From: an uncultured Gemmatimonadales bacterium
GTDB lineage: Bacteria; Gemmatimonadota; Gemmatimonadetes; Gemmatimonadales; GWC2-71-9
DNA length: 64,000 nt
Direction of reading: 5' to 3'
NCBI GenBank assembly: GCA_963821525.1
Contig: CAWGED010000005.1
Span: forward strand, 512,001 to 576,000
Positions 10,125-21,571 of this stretch are shown here, in pieces (the first letter of the stretch is position 1; every line of letters starts with the position of its first letter). Position numbers and translations under genes: made by a program. The notes under the pieces were generated by a model, which was given only the letters and a program-made list of their open reading frames with translations, was not told where the DNA came from and searched no databases.

Positions 10125-10865
10125 GTGCGATTTCCTCTCGCCGTCCTGCTGCTCGGCATCGCGGTTCTGGCCTGCGATGGCGCGCAGACCCAACCCAGCC
10201 CCGGCCGCCAGGTCAGGGTTCTCTTCATCGGCAACAGCCTGACCTACGCAAATGACCTGCCCGGTATGGTCGCTGCGTTGGCTGCGCGCTCGGGGGACGT
10301 GGTAGTTCAGACCAGCGTTTCCCTGCCCAATTACAGTCTCGCGGATCATTGGAACGACGGGAGGGCAGTCCAGGAGATCTCCCGGGGAGGCTGGGACATC
10401 GTCGTACTTCAACAGGGGCCCTCTTCACTGCCTGCCAGCCGGGTGGAGCTGGTGTTTGATGCGAAACGCTTTGCAGTCGAAGCAGCCAGGGTCGGGGCGA
10501 GAGTCGCCCTGTTCTCGGTCTGGCCATCCAGCGACAGACTTGCCTTCTTCGACGATGTGAGCGCTTCCTATGCGGCGGCGGCGGATTCGACGGACGGACT
10601 TCTGTTCCCCGCCGGTGAGGCCTGGCGGGCTGCCTGGCGCAGAGACCCGGGCCTCGAGCTATTTGGTCCGGATGGGTTCCACCCCACCGAACTCGGCAGT
10701 TACCTCGCTGCCTTGGTGCTCTACCAGCAGCTGACGGGACGTTCGCCCGCAGGTCTGGGGACATCTTTCGACTGGCCGGCCGGGCATCTGAACCTGACTG
10801 CAAGCCAGTCGAGCATTCTCGGGGAGTCCGCGGCCGAGGCCAACGGTCACTTCGCCCGTCCTTGA
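10125..10865 (+). CDS. SGNH/GDSL-family hydrolase lipoprotein
   Basis: Lipobox VLA-C; LFIGNSLT block I; DGFHP block V. Confidence 0.8.
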   Translation: MRFPLAVLLLGIAVLACDGAQTQPSPGRQVRVLFIGNSLTYANDLPGMVAALAARSGDVVVQTSVSLPNYSLADHWNDGRAVQEISRGGWDIVVLQQGPSSLPASRVELVFDAKRFAVEAARVGARVALFSVWPSSDRLAFFDDVSASYAAAADSTDGLLFPAGEAWRAAWRRDPGLELFGPDGFHPTELGSYLAALVLYQQLTGRSPAGLGTSFDWPAGHLNLTASQSSILGESAAEANGHFARP

Positions 10866-10869
10866 CCTG

Positions 10870-11661
10870 TCAGGGTTGTGGGGTCAGCATCTCGAGCAGC
10901 CAGCGATGGATGGCCGGATTGCCGGCGGCAATCTCGCCGTGTTCGATTCCAATGTCCCGGCCCGAGTAGTCGGTAACCAGCCCGCCAGCTTCACGCACCA
11001 GTAATGTCCCCGCAGCCACATCCCACGGCGCCAGGCGCTGCTCCCAGAAGCCGTCGTAGCGACCAGCGGCTACATCGGTCAGGTCGAGTGAGGCTGATCC
11101 TGGCCGTCGCACCCCGGTCGCGCCACGGGTGATTCTCCCCAGCTGGGCCAGGTACTCGTCGAAGCGGGAGAAATCCTTGAACGGCACTCCGGTGCCGATC
11201 AGGGAATGGGCGGGATCGGTGATTCGGGAGACCGACAGCCGGTTCCCGTTCTCCCATGCTCCGCCGTCGCGGGTCGCCTGGGACAACCGATTGAGCGGAA
11301 CGTGGAGCACGACGCCAGCCTGGAGAATTCCATCCACCGCAGCCGCGATGGAGACGGCGAACGCCGGGAAGTTGTGCAGGAAGTTGGTGGTGCCATCCAG
11401 TGGATCCACGATCCAGACCAGGCCGGCGGTGACGATTTCGGGGCTCAATTCCTCGCCCACGATCGGGGTTCCCGGCATCGCCCCGTGCAGGGATTCCGCA
11501 ATGATCGCCTCCGAATTGCGGTCCACCTCGGTGGCCCAGTCGGCCCGTCCTTTGGCGTTCCAGGCAGTCGGGTCAGGGGGTGAAACGACACTCCGGAGGT
11601 AGGCCCCAGCCTGTTCGGCGGCCGTCCTGGCGATGTGGACTAAGTCATTGGCTGATGGCAT
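10870..11661 (-). CDS. Inositol monophosphatase family protein (SuhB-like)
   Basis: WIVDPLDGTTNF, RRPGSASLDL, PWDVAAG. Confidence 0.92.
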   Translation of the reverse strand: MPSANDLVHIARTAAEQAGAYLRSVVSPPDPTAWNAKGRADWATEVDRNSEAIIAESLHGAMPGTPIVGEELSPEIVTAGLVWIVDPLDGTTNFLHNFPAFAVSIAAAVDGILQAGVVLHVPLNRLSQATRDGGAWENGNRLSVSRITDPAHSLIGTGVPFKDFSRFDEYLAQLGRITRGATGVRRPGSASLDLTDVAAGRYDGFWEQRLAPWDVAAGTLLVREAGGLVTDYSGRDIGIEHGEIAAGNPAIHRWLLEMLTPQP

Positions 11662-11698
11662 CTTGCGGCCTTGGGCCGGGGTCGGTAGCTTGCCCTGA

Positions 11699-12689
11699 AT
11701 GTCGCGAATATTCTCCGGCATCCAGCCCTCCGGCGAGCTGCACATCGGCAACTGGCTCGGCGCGGTACAGAACTGGGTGCATCTGCAGCAGAGTTACGAC
11801 TGCCTCTTCTGCGTGGTCGATCTGCATGCGATCACCGGCAAGTACGATGCGGCCTCGCTGGCGAGTCGCACCCACGACATGACCGTGGGCCTGCTCGCGG
11901 CCGGAGTGGATCCGGAGAAGGCCATTCTGTTCGTCCAGTCTCAGGTTCCGGAGCACGCCGAGCTCCAGTGGCTGTTGAACACGGTCACACCGCTCGGGCG
12001 AGCTGGAACGGATGACGCAGTTCAAAGATAAGTCGCAGCGTTTTGAGAGCATTCCGGCGGGGGTTTTGAATTACCCGATCCTGATGGCGGCCGATATCCT
12101 GCTGTACAAGGCCGATCTGGTCCCGGTCGGGGAAGACCAGGTGCAACATCTCGAGCTGACCCGCGAGATTGCCCGCCGGTGGAACGCGGAATTCGGTAAC
12201 GGGCAGGACATTCTGCCGGAGCCGAAGCCGTTACTCACCGCGGCGAAGCGGATCATGGGGCTCGACGGCCAGGCCAAGATGTCGAAGAGCCTGGGGAATA
12301 CGATCGGGATTCTGGAGTCGCCTGAAGCGGTGTGGGCCAAGCTCCGCCCGGCGATGACGGATCCGGCGCGAGTCACGAAGAAGGATCCGGGGAATCCCGA
12401 GATCTGCAACATCTTCGCGCTGCACAAGCTGTTGTCGCCGCCGGATACGGTTGCAACCGTGGCGACCAACTGCCGCGGTGCCTTGTGGGGCTGTCTCGAC
12501 TGCAAGCGGGTGCTGGCGGACAATCTCAACGCCGCCCTCGCCCCCATACAGGCCAGGGCGAAAGAGCTGCAGGCGACACCGCACCGCGTATCGGAAATCC
12601 TGGGAGACGGTGCGGCACGAGCTCGGCGGATTGCGCGGGAGACGATTCGGGAGGTGAAGGAACGCATGGGCCTCTCACAGAGCAACTAG
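11699..12689 (+). CDS. trpS: Tryptophan--tRNA ligase (indel near 12000)
   Basis: SGIQPSG, HIGN, YPILMAADIL, VPVGEDQ, KMSKS; split over two frames. Confidence 0.96.
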
Positions 12690-12695
12690 AGAGAG

Positions 12696-12750
12696 GTAGT
12701 GGGTTGTGGGTGGTGGGAATTCACAGCTAACAGCCAACGGCTAACAGCTT
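12696..12750. repeat. Heptamer arrays (TDGTGGG)3 and (CAGCTAA-like)4
   Basis: TAGTGGGTTGTGGGTGGTGGG then CAGCTAACAGCCAACGGCTAACAGC; the two arms use different units. Confidence 0.6.
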
Positions 12751-12751
12751 C

Positions 12752-13798
12752 ATGGAAAAAATCATCAAGGCGGCGGTCGAGCGGGGCGCGTCGGACCTGC
12801 ACATCAAGGCGGGCGACGTGTTCCGTGCGCGGATCAACGGCAAGCTGGTCCCCCTGACCAAACAGCGGCTCACGCCCGATCAGACGCGCGCGATCGCGCT
12901 CAAGCTGATGCCGGGAGACGAGGCGCGGAACCGGCTCGATGCGCTGAAGGACTTCGACTGCTCCTGGGGAATGCCCGGCGTGGGCCGTTTCCGGGTCAAC
13001 GTGCTGCGGCAGCGTTCCTCCTTCATGATCGTGATGCGGGTGATTCCCTTCACCGTGCCCACCATCGAGGAACTGGGACTACCGCCGGCGATCCAGACTC
13101 TCGCCGAGGCGGAGCAGGGACTGGTGCTGGTGGCCGGAGTCACGGGAAGCGGGAAGACCTCCACCGTGGCGGCGATGGTGAACCACATCAACCAGAACCT
13201 GCACCGTCACATCCTCACGATCGAGAATCCGATCGAGTTTCTCCATCGCGACGTGAAATGCTCGGTTACCCAGCGCGAAGTGGGCGTGGACACGGACAGC
13301 TTCGCGGTAGGCCTGCATGCGGCACTCAGGCAGGATCCCGACGTCGTGGTCATCAGCGAGCTGCGGGATCCCGAAACGCTGGAGACCGCGATCCGCGCCG
13401 CCGAGACGGGGCACCTGATCATCTCGACGATGCCGACCGCCGACGTCATGGCCACGATCGCGAGACTGCATTCGATGTTCCCCGCCGCCGAGCGTGAAGT
13501 GGGTCTCCTCCGGCTATCGGAGGCGTTGCGAGGAGTGGTGGCTCAGAGGCTGTTACCCAGGAAGGAAGAAGACGGAAGGATCACCGTGGTCGAGGTCCTG
13601 GTCAGCACGCCGACCGCCCGCGCCTGCCTGCGCGACGCCGACAAGCTCGAGGAGCTGGAAGAGGAAATTGAGAGTGGGGAAGAGGGAATGCAGACCTTTG
13701 CCCAGCACGCTGGCCGCCTGGTGAAGCAGGGAGAAGTCGCCAAGGAAGCCGCCCAGATCCTCACCGGGGTCAAGGGCTCGAGGAGAGGCGAGCGCTGA
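12752..13798 (+). CDS. pilT: PilT/PilU-family type IV pilus ATPase (degenerate motifs)
   Basis: ASDLHI, GVTGSGKTST, QREVG.DT, ALRQDPDV, AETGHL, GMQTF. Confidence 0.88.
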   Translation: MEKIIKAAVERGASDLHIKAGDVFRARINGKLVPLTKQRLTPDQTRAIALKLMPGDEARNRLDALKDFDCSWGMPGVGRFRVNVLRQRSSFMIVMRVIPFTVPTIEELGLPPAIQTLAEAEQGLVLVAGVTGSGKTSTVAAMVNHINQNLHRHILTIENPIEFLHRDVKCSVTQREVGVDTDSFAVGLHAALRQDPDVVVISELRDPETLETAIRAAETGHLIISTMPTADVMATIARLHSMFPAAEREVGLLRLSEALRGVVAQRLLPRKEEDGRITVVEVLVSTPTARACLRDADKLEELEEEIESGEEGMQTFAQHAGRLVKQGEVAKEAAQILTGVKGSRRGER

Positions 13799-14898
13799 CC
13801 GCAAGGCAGCTCTTCGACCTTCTCACAGCCGGACCTCGCGAGGCGGGCACCCCGCCCGCCCATCAGGCCAGAGTCCATCTCCGCCAATTTCTCGAAGCCT
13901 TGGGCTACTCGGTTCGCGAGCAGCCCTTCGACTTTTCCGCCCACACGCTCTGGGCCTTCCCGATCTTTGGCGCCGGGGTCGGGGTGATGGGACTGGTCCT
14001 GCTGCCTCTGCTCCGTTCGCCCACTGCGTCATCCGGAAGCGCCCTCATCGTCTGTGTCGCGGGCGTACTCCTGTTCGAGATTCTGGCCTGGAAGATCGGA
14101 ATTGGCGCCCGGATCCCGGGAACGACTTTCCGCAACGACGCGAATCTCATCGCCGTCCGAGGCGATGGACCGGTTTCCACCTGGCTGGTCGCCCACGTCG
14201 ACACCAAGGCCCAGGCCCAGTCCATGGCCGGACGCCTGATCTCGATCTGGGTGGTCGTGATTGCGGTGGTCGCTCTGATTCTGCTTGCGGGATGGCGCCT
14301 GGTCAGCGGAGCACCGCTGCCCTTCTCTGCGGCGGCTGCCGGCGCAGGCATCGCACTGATCGCTGCAATCTTCGCGGCGGGAAGCCGGCTCCAGGGGAGC
14401 AGCCCAGGTGCTCGCGACAACGGTACCGGGCTCCTCGCCGTCCTTTCTGCAGCGGAGGAACGACCCGACGGAACTCTTGGCATCATTCTGACCGGCGCCG
14501 AGGAGTTCGGCCTGCTTGGTGCCCGCCACCTGGCTCGAGCGGAACCGATGCTCTTCCGGGGAACTGAAGTGCTCAACCTGGATACCCTCGCCGACAGGGG
14601 CAGCCTCTACGTAGTCAGTCACGACACCAGGGCGGCGCCGCTCGCGAACCGGCTCCAGGCCAGGCTCGAGGCCTTGGGTCTCCCGGTCACCCAGCGCCGG
14701 CTGCCGATGGGGATTCTGGTAGACAGCCTTGCCATGGCCCGCCTCGCGTCAGGGGCCGTCACGGTCGCCCGCCTCGACTGGGAGGTGCTTCGGCTGATGC
14801 ATACCCCACGCGATACGGGACAGGGCTTGGATCCGGGGTTTGCGGAGGCGGTAGGCCGCCTGATTGGAAGGAGCCACCGGGGTGGCCGGACTGTTTGA
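13795..14898 (+). CDS. Membrane-associated M28 family peptidase (probable CTG start)
   Basis: VAHVDT, GARDNGTG, TGAEEFGL, LNLD, HTPRD motifs with TM segments; frame is open upstream to CTG at 13795. Confidence 0.75.
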   Translation: MTARQLFDLLTAGPREAGTPPAHQARVHLRQFLEALGYSVREQPFDFSAHTLWAFPIFGAGVGVMGLVLLPLLRSPTASSGSALIVCVAGVLLFEILAWKIGIGARIPGTTFRNDANLIAVRGDGPVSTWLVAHVDTKAQAQSMAGRLISIWVVVIAVVALILLAGWRLVSGAPLPFSAAAAGAGIALIAAIFAAGSRLQGSSPGARDNGTGLLAVLSAAEERPDGTLGIILTGAEEFGLLGARHLARAEPMLFRGTEVLNLDTLADRGSLYVVSHDTRAAPLANRLQARLEALGLPVTQRRLPMGILVDSLAMARLASGAVTVARLDWEVLRLMHTPRDTGQGLDPGFAEAVGRLIGRSHRGGRTV

Positions 14899-14923
14899 CA
14901 GGGCCAGAGGCGCCGCCTAGGTT
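14895..14923 (+). promoter_or_regulatory. Sigma70-like promoter upstream of purA
   Basis: TTGACA-N17-TAGGTT. Confidence 0.55.
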
Positions 14924-14940
14924 TTACCAGAGGATGCAGT

Positions 14941-14961
14941 AGCCCCGTGAGGGGCTTTTTT
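14941..14961 (+). terminator. Intrinsic terminator-like hairpin
   Basis: AGCCCC-GTGA-GGGGCT followed by a T-run. Confidence 0.65.
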
Positions 14962-14984
14962 GTTGGCTTCGCCATGGAGAATCC

Positions 14985-16263
<1,279 letters not shown>

Positions 16264-16266
<3 letters not shown>

Positions 16267-16420
16267 TACCGAGTACCTGGTACCGAGTACCTAGTGTTCG
16301 ACTCCTCGAGATCTGAGATGCGGAGAGGCATCCTGCGAATCTTCAATTGTACGCCCAACTCGGTACTAGGTACTAGGTACTCAGTACTATCTCGGTACTC
16401 GGTACTAGGTACTAGGTACT
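16264..16420. repeat. Inverted heptamer array (GTACCGA/GTACCTA)n / (TCGGTAC/TAGGTAC)n
   Basis: About 4 units starting in the purA stop and about 8 reverse-complement units just before ypdA. Confidence 0.9.
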
Positions 16421-16424
16421 GAGA

Positions 16425-17406
16425 ATGACAGAGCACACGAAACTGTCTAGTCATCGGTGCCGGTCCCTGCGGCCTGGCCGTCGGTGTCGCCGCCAAGACG
16501 GCGGGAGTCTCGTGTATCCTGCTCGACCGCCGGACTGTTGTCTCCACCATCGAGCGCTATCCCCTCAACATGACGTTCTTCTCGACTCCGGAGCGGATCG
16601 AGATCGGCGGGGTACCGTTCATCGCGAGTCATGAGAAACCCACCCGGCGCGACGGGCTGCTCTATTACCGTCGGGTGGCGGAGCACTTCGGTCTGGATGC
16701 CCGCCCGGGAGAAGAAGTCACTTCAGTGACCCGCGCGGACGATCACTTCGAGCTGGCAGTCAAGCGGCGTCACGACAGCACCCGGTATACCGCGGACAAC
16801 GTGGTCTTTGCGACCGGGTACTACGACTGGCCCAACCGCCTTGGAATTCCGGGAGAAGACCTGCCTCACGTCGCCCACTACTTCACCGAGGGGCACCGCC
16901 ACTGGCATCAGCGTGTCGTGGTGATCGGAGGAGGAAACAGTGCGGTGGACGCGGCACTCGAATGCTGGCGGGCCGGGGCGCACGTCACCATGGTCCATCT
17001 CGGCGACCGGTTCGACGGCACGGTGAAGCCCTGGGTCCTGCCCGACATCACCAACCGGCTCAAGGAGAAGAGCATCATCGGGAAGTGGCGCAGCCGCGTC
17101 GTCGCCATAACGCCCGAGGCAGTAGAAATCGTGGCGGACGATGGCTGCCGGGAGACTCTGCCCGCTGACTACGTGCTGGCCATGACCGGTTACTACGCGG
17201 ACACCAGCTTGATCGAGAAACTCGGCGTCCCGGTTGATGCAGGCACCGGGATTCCGGCCCACGACGAGAAGACGATGATGACGCCGGTTCCCGGTTGCTA
17301 TCTCGCCGGAGTTATGGCGAGCGGGAAGGATGCCAACCGGCTGTTCATTGAGAATGCGCGGGGGCATGGAGGGTTGATCGTTAGAGATGTGGTGAGGGGA
17401 AGGTAG
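16425..17406 (+). CDS. ypdA: YpdA-family FAD-dependent disulfide reductase (indel near 16445)
   Basis: IGAGPCGL in the shifted frame, MTFFSTPERIEIG, ATGYYD, GGGNSAVDAALE, FIENAR.H. Confidence 0.85.
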
Positions 17407-17522
17407 CTATTAGCTGTTAGCGGTTAGCTGTGAGGCCAAGAAAGCGAATCCGAAATGTTCGAAGCGCCTCAACGTCCAAGACTGGTCGGAGGGCTTACGC
17501 TTATGCAGCTAACAGCTAACAT
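17404..17522. repeat. Inverted heptamer array (TTAGCTG)n / (CAGCTAA)n
   Basis: TAGCTATTAGCTGTTAGCGGTTAGCTG ... CAGCTAACAGCTAACA between convergent genes. Confidence 0.8.
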
Positions 17523-17563
17523 TCGCTACACAGCGTTGAATCGCCACCGCCGTGAACCGGGCC

Positions 17564-18502
17564 TCACGGCGCCAGCCGGTTCCGTTCGTAGATCAGATTA
17601 CGCGGAGTGAACCACCAGTCATAATCCCGGGTGATCAGCGCACCACCGTTTACTCGAGGATCGGCATTCTCCGCCCGCACCCTGGCGCGGACGTGGACCG
17701 AGCCGATGTCGTCGTAGTCGTTGTCAGGGTCGGCGTCGAGCCCATCGGCCTGCACCGCTTCGACCCCATTGGTAAAGACCAGCGAGACATCCCATTGCTG
17801 TACCCCGGTCGCGATGATTTCACCCTGCATCGCGCCCGTGTTACTCACCCGCTCGGCCCGCAGCAGGTTGTCCTGGGCGTCTCGCCAGTAGGCCACCATC
17901 GACAGTTCCTGCACGAAGGTGCCGGATCGGGTGAGCAGGAGGCCACCGCTCAGCGCCCCATTGTGATGCAGCAGGGCAGCAAGATTGACAAAGATAATCT
18001 GCGCCGTCGGTGTCGCCGGGTTCACGGCGGTGACATACAGGAGCCGCCGTTCCGCGTTCACCTGGAGGCGCGCGATGTCCCCGACCGCCAGCTGGAACCC
18101 ACCGGGGTTCGCGAGGTCGAGACAGGTTGCGCCGCAGGTGCCGCCCGGCGCGAGTGGGTTAATCGGCGGCGGCGGCGGCGGGACCAGGTTGTAGACCACG
18201 GCCTCGTTCGGGGTGTAGGGGACTCGGAGAATAACCAGCGTGTCATTCCAGACCCCGACCGTTCCGAAGTTGGTCTGCGATTCCACTCCAACGCCGGCTT
18301 CTTCCAGGTCGCGCTGGAGAGCCAGTGCAACGTAGCGCGCGTTCCGGGTGATACCGTCGCGAAGCCGAGTGCCGACCAGGCTGCGACCGGTAACCAGGGC
18401 GAGACCGGTGGCGGCCATCAGGACAATCGTCCCGATGACGATCGCAATCATTACCTCGACGAGGGTAAAGCCCTCCCTGGATCGAAGCCCTCGGCGCGTC
18501 AT
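17564..18502 (-). CDS. PilW-like minor type IV pilin
   Basis: Prepilin site G|FTLVE plus hydrophobic helix. Confidence 0.8.
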   Translation of the reverse strand: MTRRGLRSREGFTLVEVMIAIVIGTIVLMAATGLALVTGRSLVGTRLRDGITRNARYVALALQRDLEEAGVGVESQTNFGTVGVWNDTLVILRVPYTPNEAVVYNLVPPPPPPINPLAPGGTCGATCLDLANPGGFQLAVGDIARLQVNAERRLLYVTAVNPATPTAQIIFVNLAALLHHNGALSGGLLLTRSGTFVQELSMVAYWRDAQDNLLRAERVSNTGAMQGEIIATGVQQWDVSLVFTNGVEAVQADGLDADPDNDYDDIGSVHVRARVRAENADPRVNGGALITRDYDWWFTPRNLIYERNRLAP

Positions 18503-18894
18503 GGGAGCCCTCGATAGATCAAGGTGATCACCTCGACCGGCTGGGTCTGGCGCGGGAAGGTGACCCGTACCGTAACCCGGGCCAGGTTGGCGGCGTCGAG
18601 GGTCACATCCATGGACCGCTGATAGGTACCGGCCGCGTTGACAACACCCAGCTCGTCCACGGCTACCGGGGCCTCGGTCGCCAGGGTCCAGGGATCACGA
18701 CCGCGGACCTGCTCCATATAGCCGCGCGCGATGGAGAGCGCGGTGTTGGCATTGGCGAGGCGGTTCTGGGTGGTCATCAGCATCGACTGGGAGCGGGCGA
18801 GGGCGACGAGCCCCACGCTCAGCATGACGATCGCGATGAGCACCGAGATGAGGGTAAAGCCGCCCTCATTCCTCAGAGTCTTGGTAGGCGTCAT
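18499..18894 (-). CDS. PilV-like minor type IV pilin
   Basis: G|FTLISVLIAIVMLSVGL. Confidence 0.75.
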   Translation of the reverse strand: MTPTKTLRNEGGFTLISVLIAIVMLSVGLVALARSQSMLMTTQNRLANANTALSIARGYMEQVRGRDPWTLATEAPVAVDELGVVNAAGTYQRSMDVTLDAANLARVTVRVTFPRQTQPVEVITLIYRGLP

Positions 18895-19449
18895 TGCCAG
18901 GCTCCTCCGCGGTAGACCCAGCGCCGGATGCCACCGCCCGGGGTGACGGTCACCGCCGCGACGGCGTTGTTATCGAGCGAACTGGTGAAGTAGATGACTC
19001 CCCGCGCGCCAAACGGCGTCGTGACGCCGCGGGTGTCGAAATCCACCGCGTTGCCGGTAAATGTCGTGGCTCCTGAGCCGGGGAAACCGGCCAGTTGGGG
19101 AGCCGCGCCCCGTCCGAAAATGACGTTGTCGGTCAGGATGCGGGTCTGAAGTCCCCGCAGCGCCGCCGTCTCCGTCGCGACCTGGTTGATGACGCCGTCG
19201 CCGTTGTCGTCGAGGTAGGCGGTGTAGCGGTTGGTCGCCGTGGTGATCACCAACTCGGGTACTTCCCCGCGCGGTGATGGCCCGGGTCCGCACCTGCTCC
19301 AAATCGTTCACCAGCTGATCGGCCGCCAGGCTGACCCGCTGAATCGTGCTAACCCGGAACTTGGGCGCTACAATCGCCATGCAGATGCTGACGATGCAGA
19401 TCACGACCAGCATCTCGATCAGCGAGAACCCGCTGCGATCCTTTCGCAT
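18891..19449 (-). CDS. FimT/GspH-like minor pilin (indel near 19255)
   Basis: G|FSLIEMLVV...LEQVRTRAI then VDFDTRG...VTVTPGGGIR in a second frame. Confidence 0.78.
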
Positions 19450-19456
19450 ACGCGTC

Positions 19457-21275
19457 CTAGTAGACCGGGCGGAAGGCAGTCTGGACCACGCTGCCCACTG
19501 TTGGGGTGCCCGGCGGCAGATTGTTGGGGTCTTGGAACCGCAGATCGAACTGCCAGTCACGGGCGGGCGGGCTGTAGTAGTTCTGCCACGACCAGCGCCG
19601 GCGCTTGGCGTACCCGCTCTGGAAGAGTGACACCAGGGAGCCCCGGTAGGTCATGGTGACCCCACTCCAGTTCTCCAGGAAGCGGGGGAAGTTTTCCAGC
19701 CCGCCGCCGTAGTTGGGAAGGGCCCCGCCGGTCAGCGGCGGTGGGGTGCCTGCGAAGCATGCCGGGGCAACGCGATTGACGTCGCAGGGCGTAGCCGAGT
19801 GTCCCGCTGCGATGGCGGCGAAGACCGTCATCGGGGCCGCGTTTGTGATCGGGAAGGCCACATCCACGTTGGGATCCATCGCCGCGGTCCAGGGGTGGGC
19901 TGCGTCGGTCCAGGCAGACGACTGGAAGGTGATCGCGTCGGCCAGGAATGATGCCGGCTGCCAGCCCAACGTGTTGAAGTTGTTCCAGACGTAGAGCGGC
20001 CGGTCGGTGGCTACGGACATCGGCCGCAGCAGGGTGGAGCCGTTCACCAGTCGCACAACGGGGTAATCCCGGAGCGTGTTGGCCGGATCGACGTTGATGA
20101 AGGTGATGTAAATGATCGAGGCGTCCCGCGCGACGGGCGCCACGTTCACCCAGGCTTGGAGATCAGCCACGTTGATCTCGAATACGTCAGCGCCAATGTT
20201 CTCGCGCCCCTCCTGGAAGGCGTTCGGGATCCCCCTTACCATCGCACCTGCGCCCAGGAAGCCGTTGGTGCACTCGAGTGCGGTGGGCACCGGGTGGCCC
20301 GCCGGAATGGTAGTGATCGCGCCAACCGTGTTACACACGTTGTTGAGCGACGCCATGTCTACCGTCATGTGCCAAGTCGCCTTCCAGGCGAACTTGACCG
20401 CCTGGACCTGCGGGGTATCGCCCGCATTCCGCGGCTTGATCATTTCAATGGGCGGCATGCCGGTCGGCAGGGGAAGTCGCAGCGGCGTGACGCCGCTCTC
20501 GCCGGTCATCAAGCGGCCATTGAACGTGGCCTGGCTCGCGGCGACGAAGCCTCCGGGAGGCGGATTCCGGCTGTCAAACAGGAGCTGATGGGCAACCCCC
20601 GATGCGTCGTCGATGAAGATGTTGGTGTTGACTGCATTGCTCGCCTTGCGCATCTCGAACATGCTGTCAGGCGTCGTGATCAGGCTGTGGAAGTTGGTCG
20701 GCCCGCCGCCCGGCGTGAGGTAGAGGTTGCCGTTGGTGTGGATCCAGCCCATGAAGTCGAGCTGCGGGCCGTTATGAATCTCGAGGTCTTCCTCGTAGAA
20801 CACACCGAACTGGAACAGCGGGATGGACTGGGCGTTGACGGTGACGATGTCCCGGGCACGGTTGGCCAGCGCGTCCCGCGCCTCGACGGTGATGTCGATC
20901 GGCCTGATTGAGGCCGATCAGGCCGGCATAGGGCCCGCTCGTGATGGTGCGGGGGACGGCGGGGCCCGCCACGGCGGAAATCGCCGTGTAGGTGAAGCCG
21001 GGCACGACAGGCGGCGTCAGCGCGGCGAGTTCGGCCGGGGTCACGATGCCGTCCCCCATGGCCACTTCGAGCTGCGCCATGACGTTGTCGGCACCGGCCT
21101 CGGTGGCGTAGGACACCCGCGAGCCCCGATAGTCCATACCCGCGGTCCGCTGAGTCATGACCGCCGAGGTGACGGCTGCCCCGATGAGCACGGTGAGCAG
21201 CACCATAACGACGACAGTGGACTCCAGGGCGAAGCCCCGGCGGTTCCCAAGGAGGGTGCTCATCGCTCGCCTCAC
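19457..21275 (-). CDS. PilX-like large minor pilin (indel near 20905)
   Basis: RRG|FALES.. N-terminus with YATEAG; C-terminal domain ending GGLENFPRFLENW...YSPPARDWQFD. Confidence 0.7.
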
Positions 21276-21571
21276 GGTGTCATACCGTTCAGGTTCTACA
21301 CACAGCCACGCGATCGGCTGGAGGCCTCCATAATCTTGTGTTTAAAGTGGCAAGATCCGCACGGATGGGTAGGAGCCAATGTCTGACCGTCTAAAAATTG
21401 GTCAGTAGGGCTATCCAAGTGCTTGCTGCAGGCCCCACTGAGGTTTCGCAAGGAGTGGGGTCCGAGGAGGGGGAAATTGTGCCCCGGCGGGAGGTCGCCG
21501 GGTTGCTGGCCGCAATATGCTCGTCTACGTTTCCGCCCCTCGTGAGCCGGATCTCCCCCGACCCCCATCCG

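Noticed and set aside
14929..14961. preQ1 or purine riboswitch upstream of purA
   Set aside because: No matching aptamer stems or conserved core visible
17433..17505. Four-helix-bundle gene remnants in hairpin spacers (also 8540-8650)
   Set aside because: Translations show no convincing motif by eye
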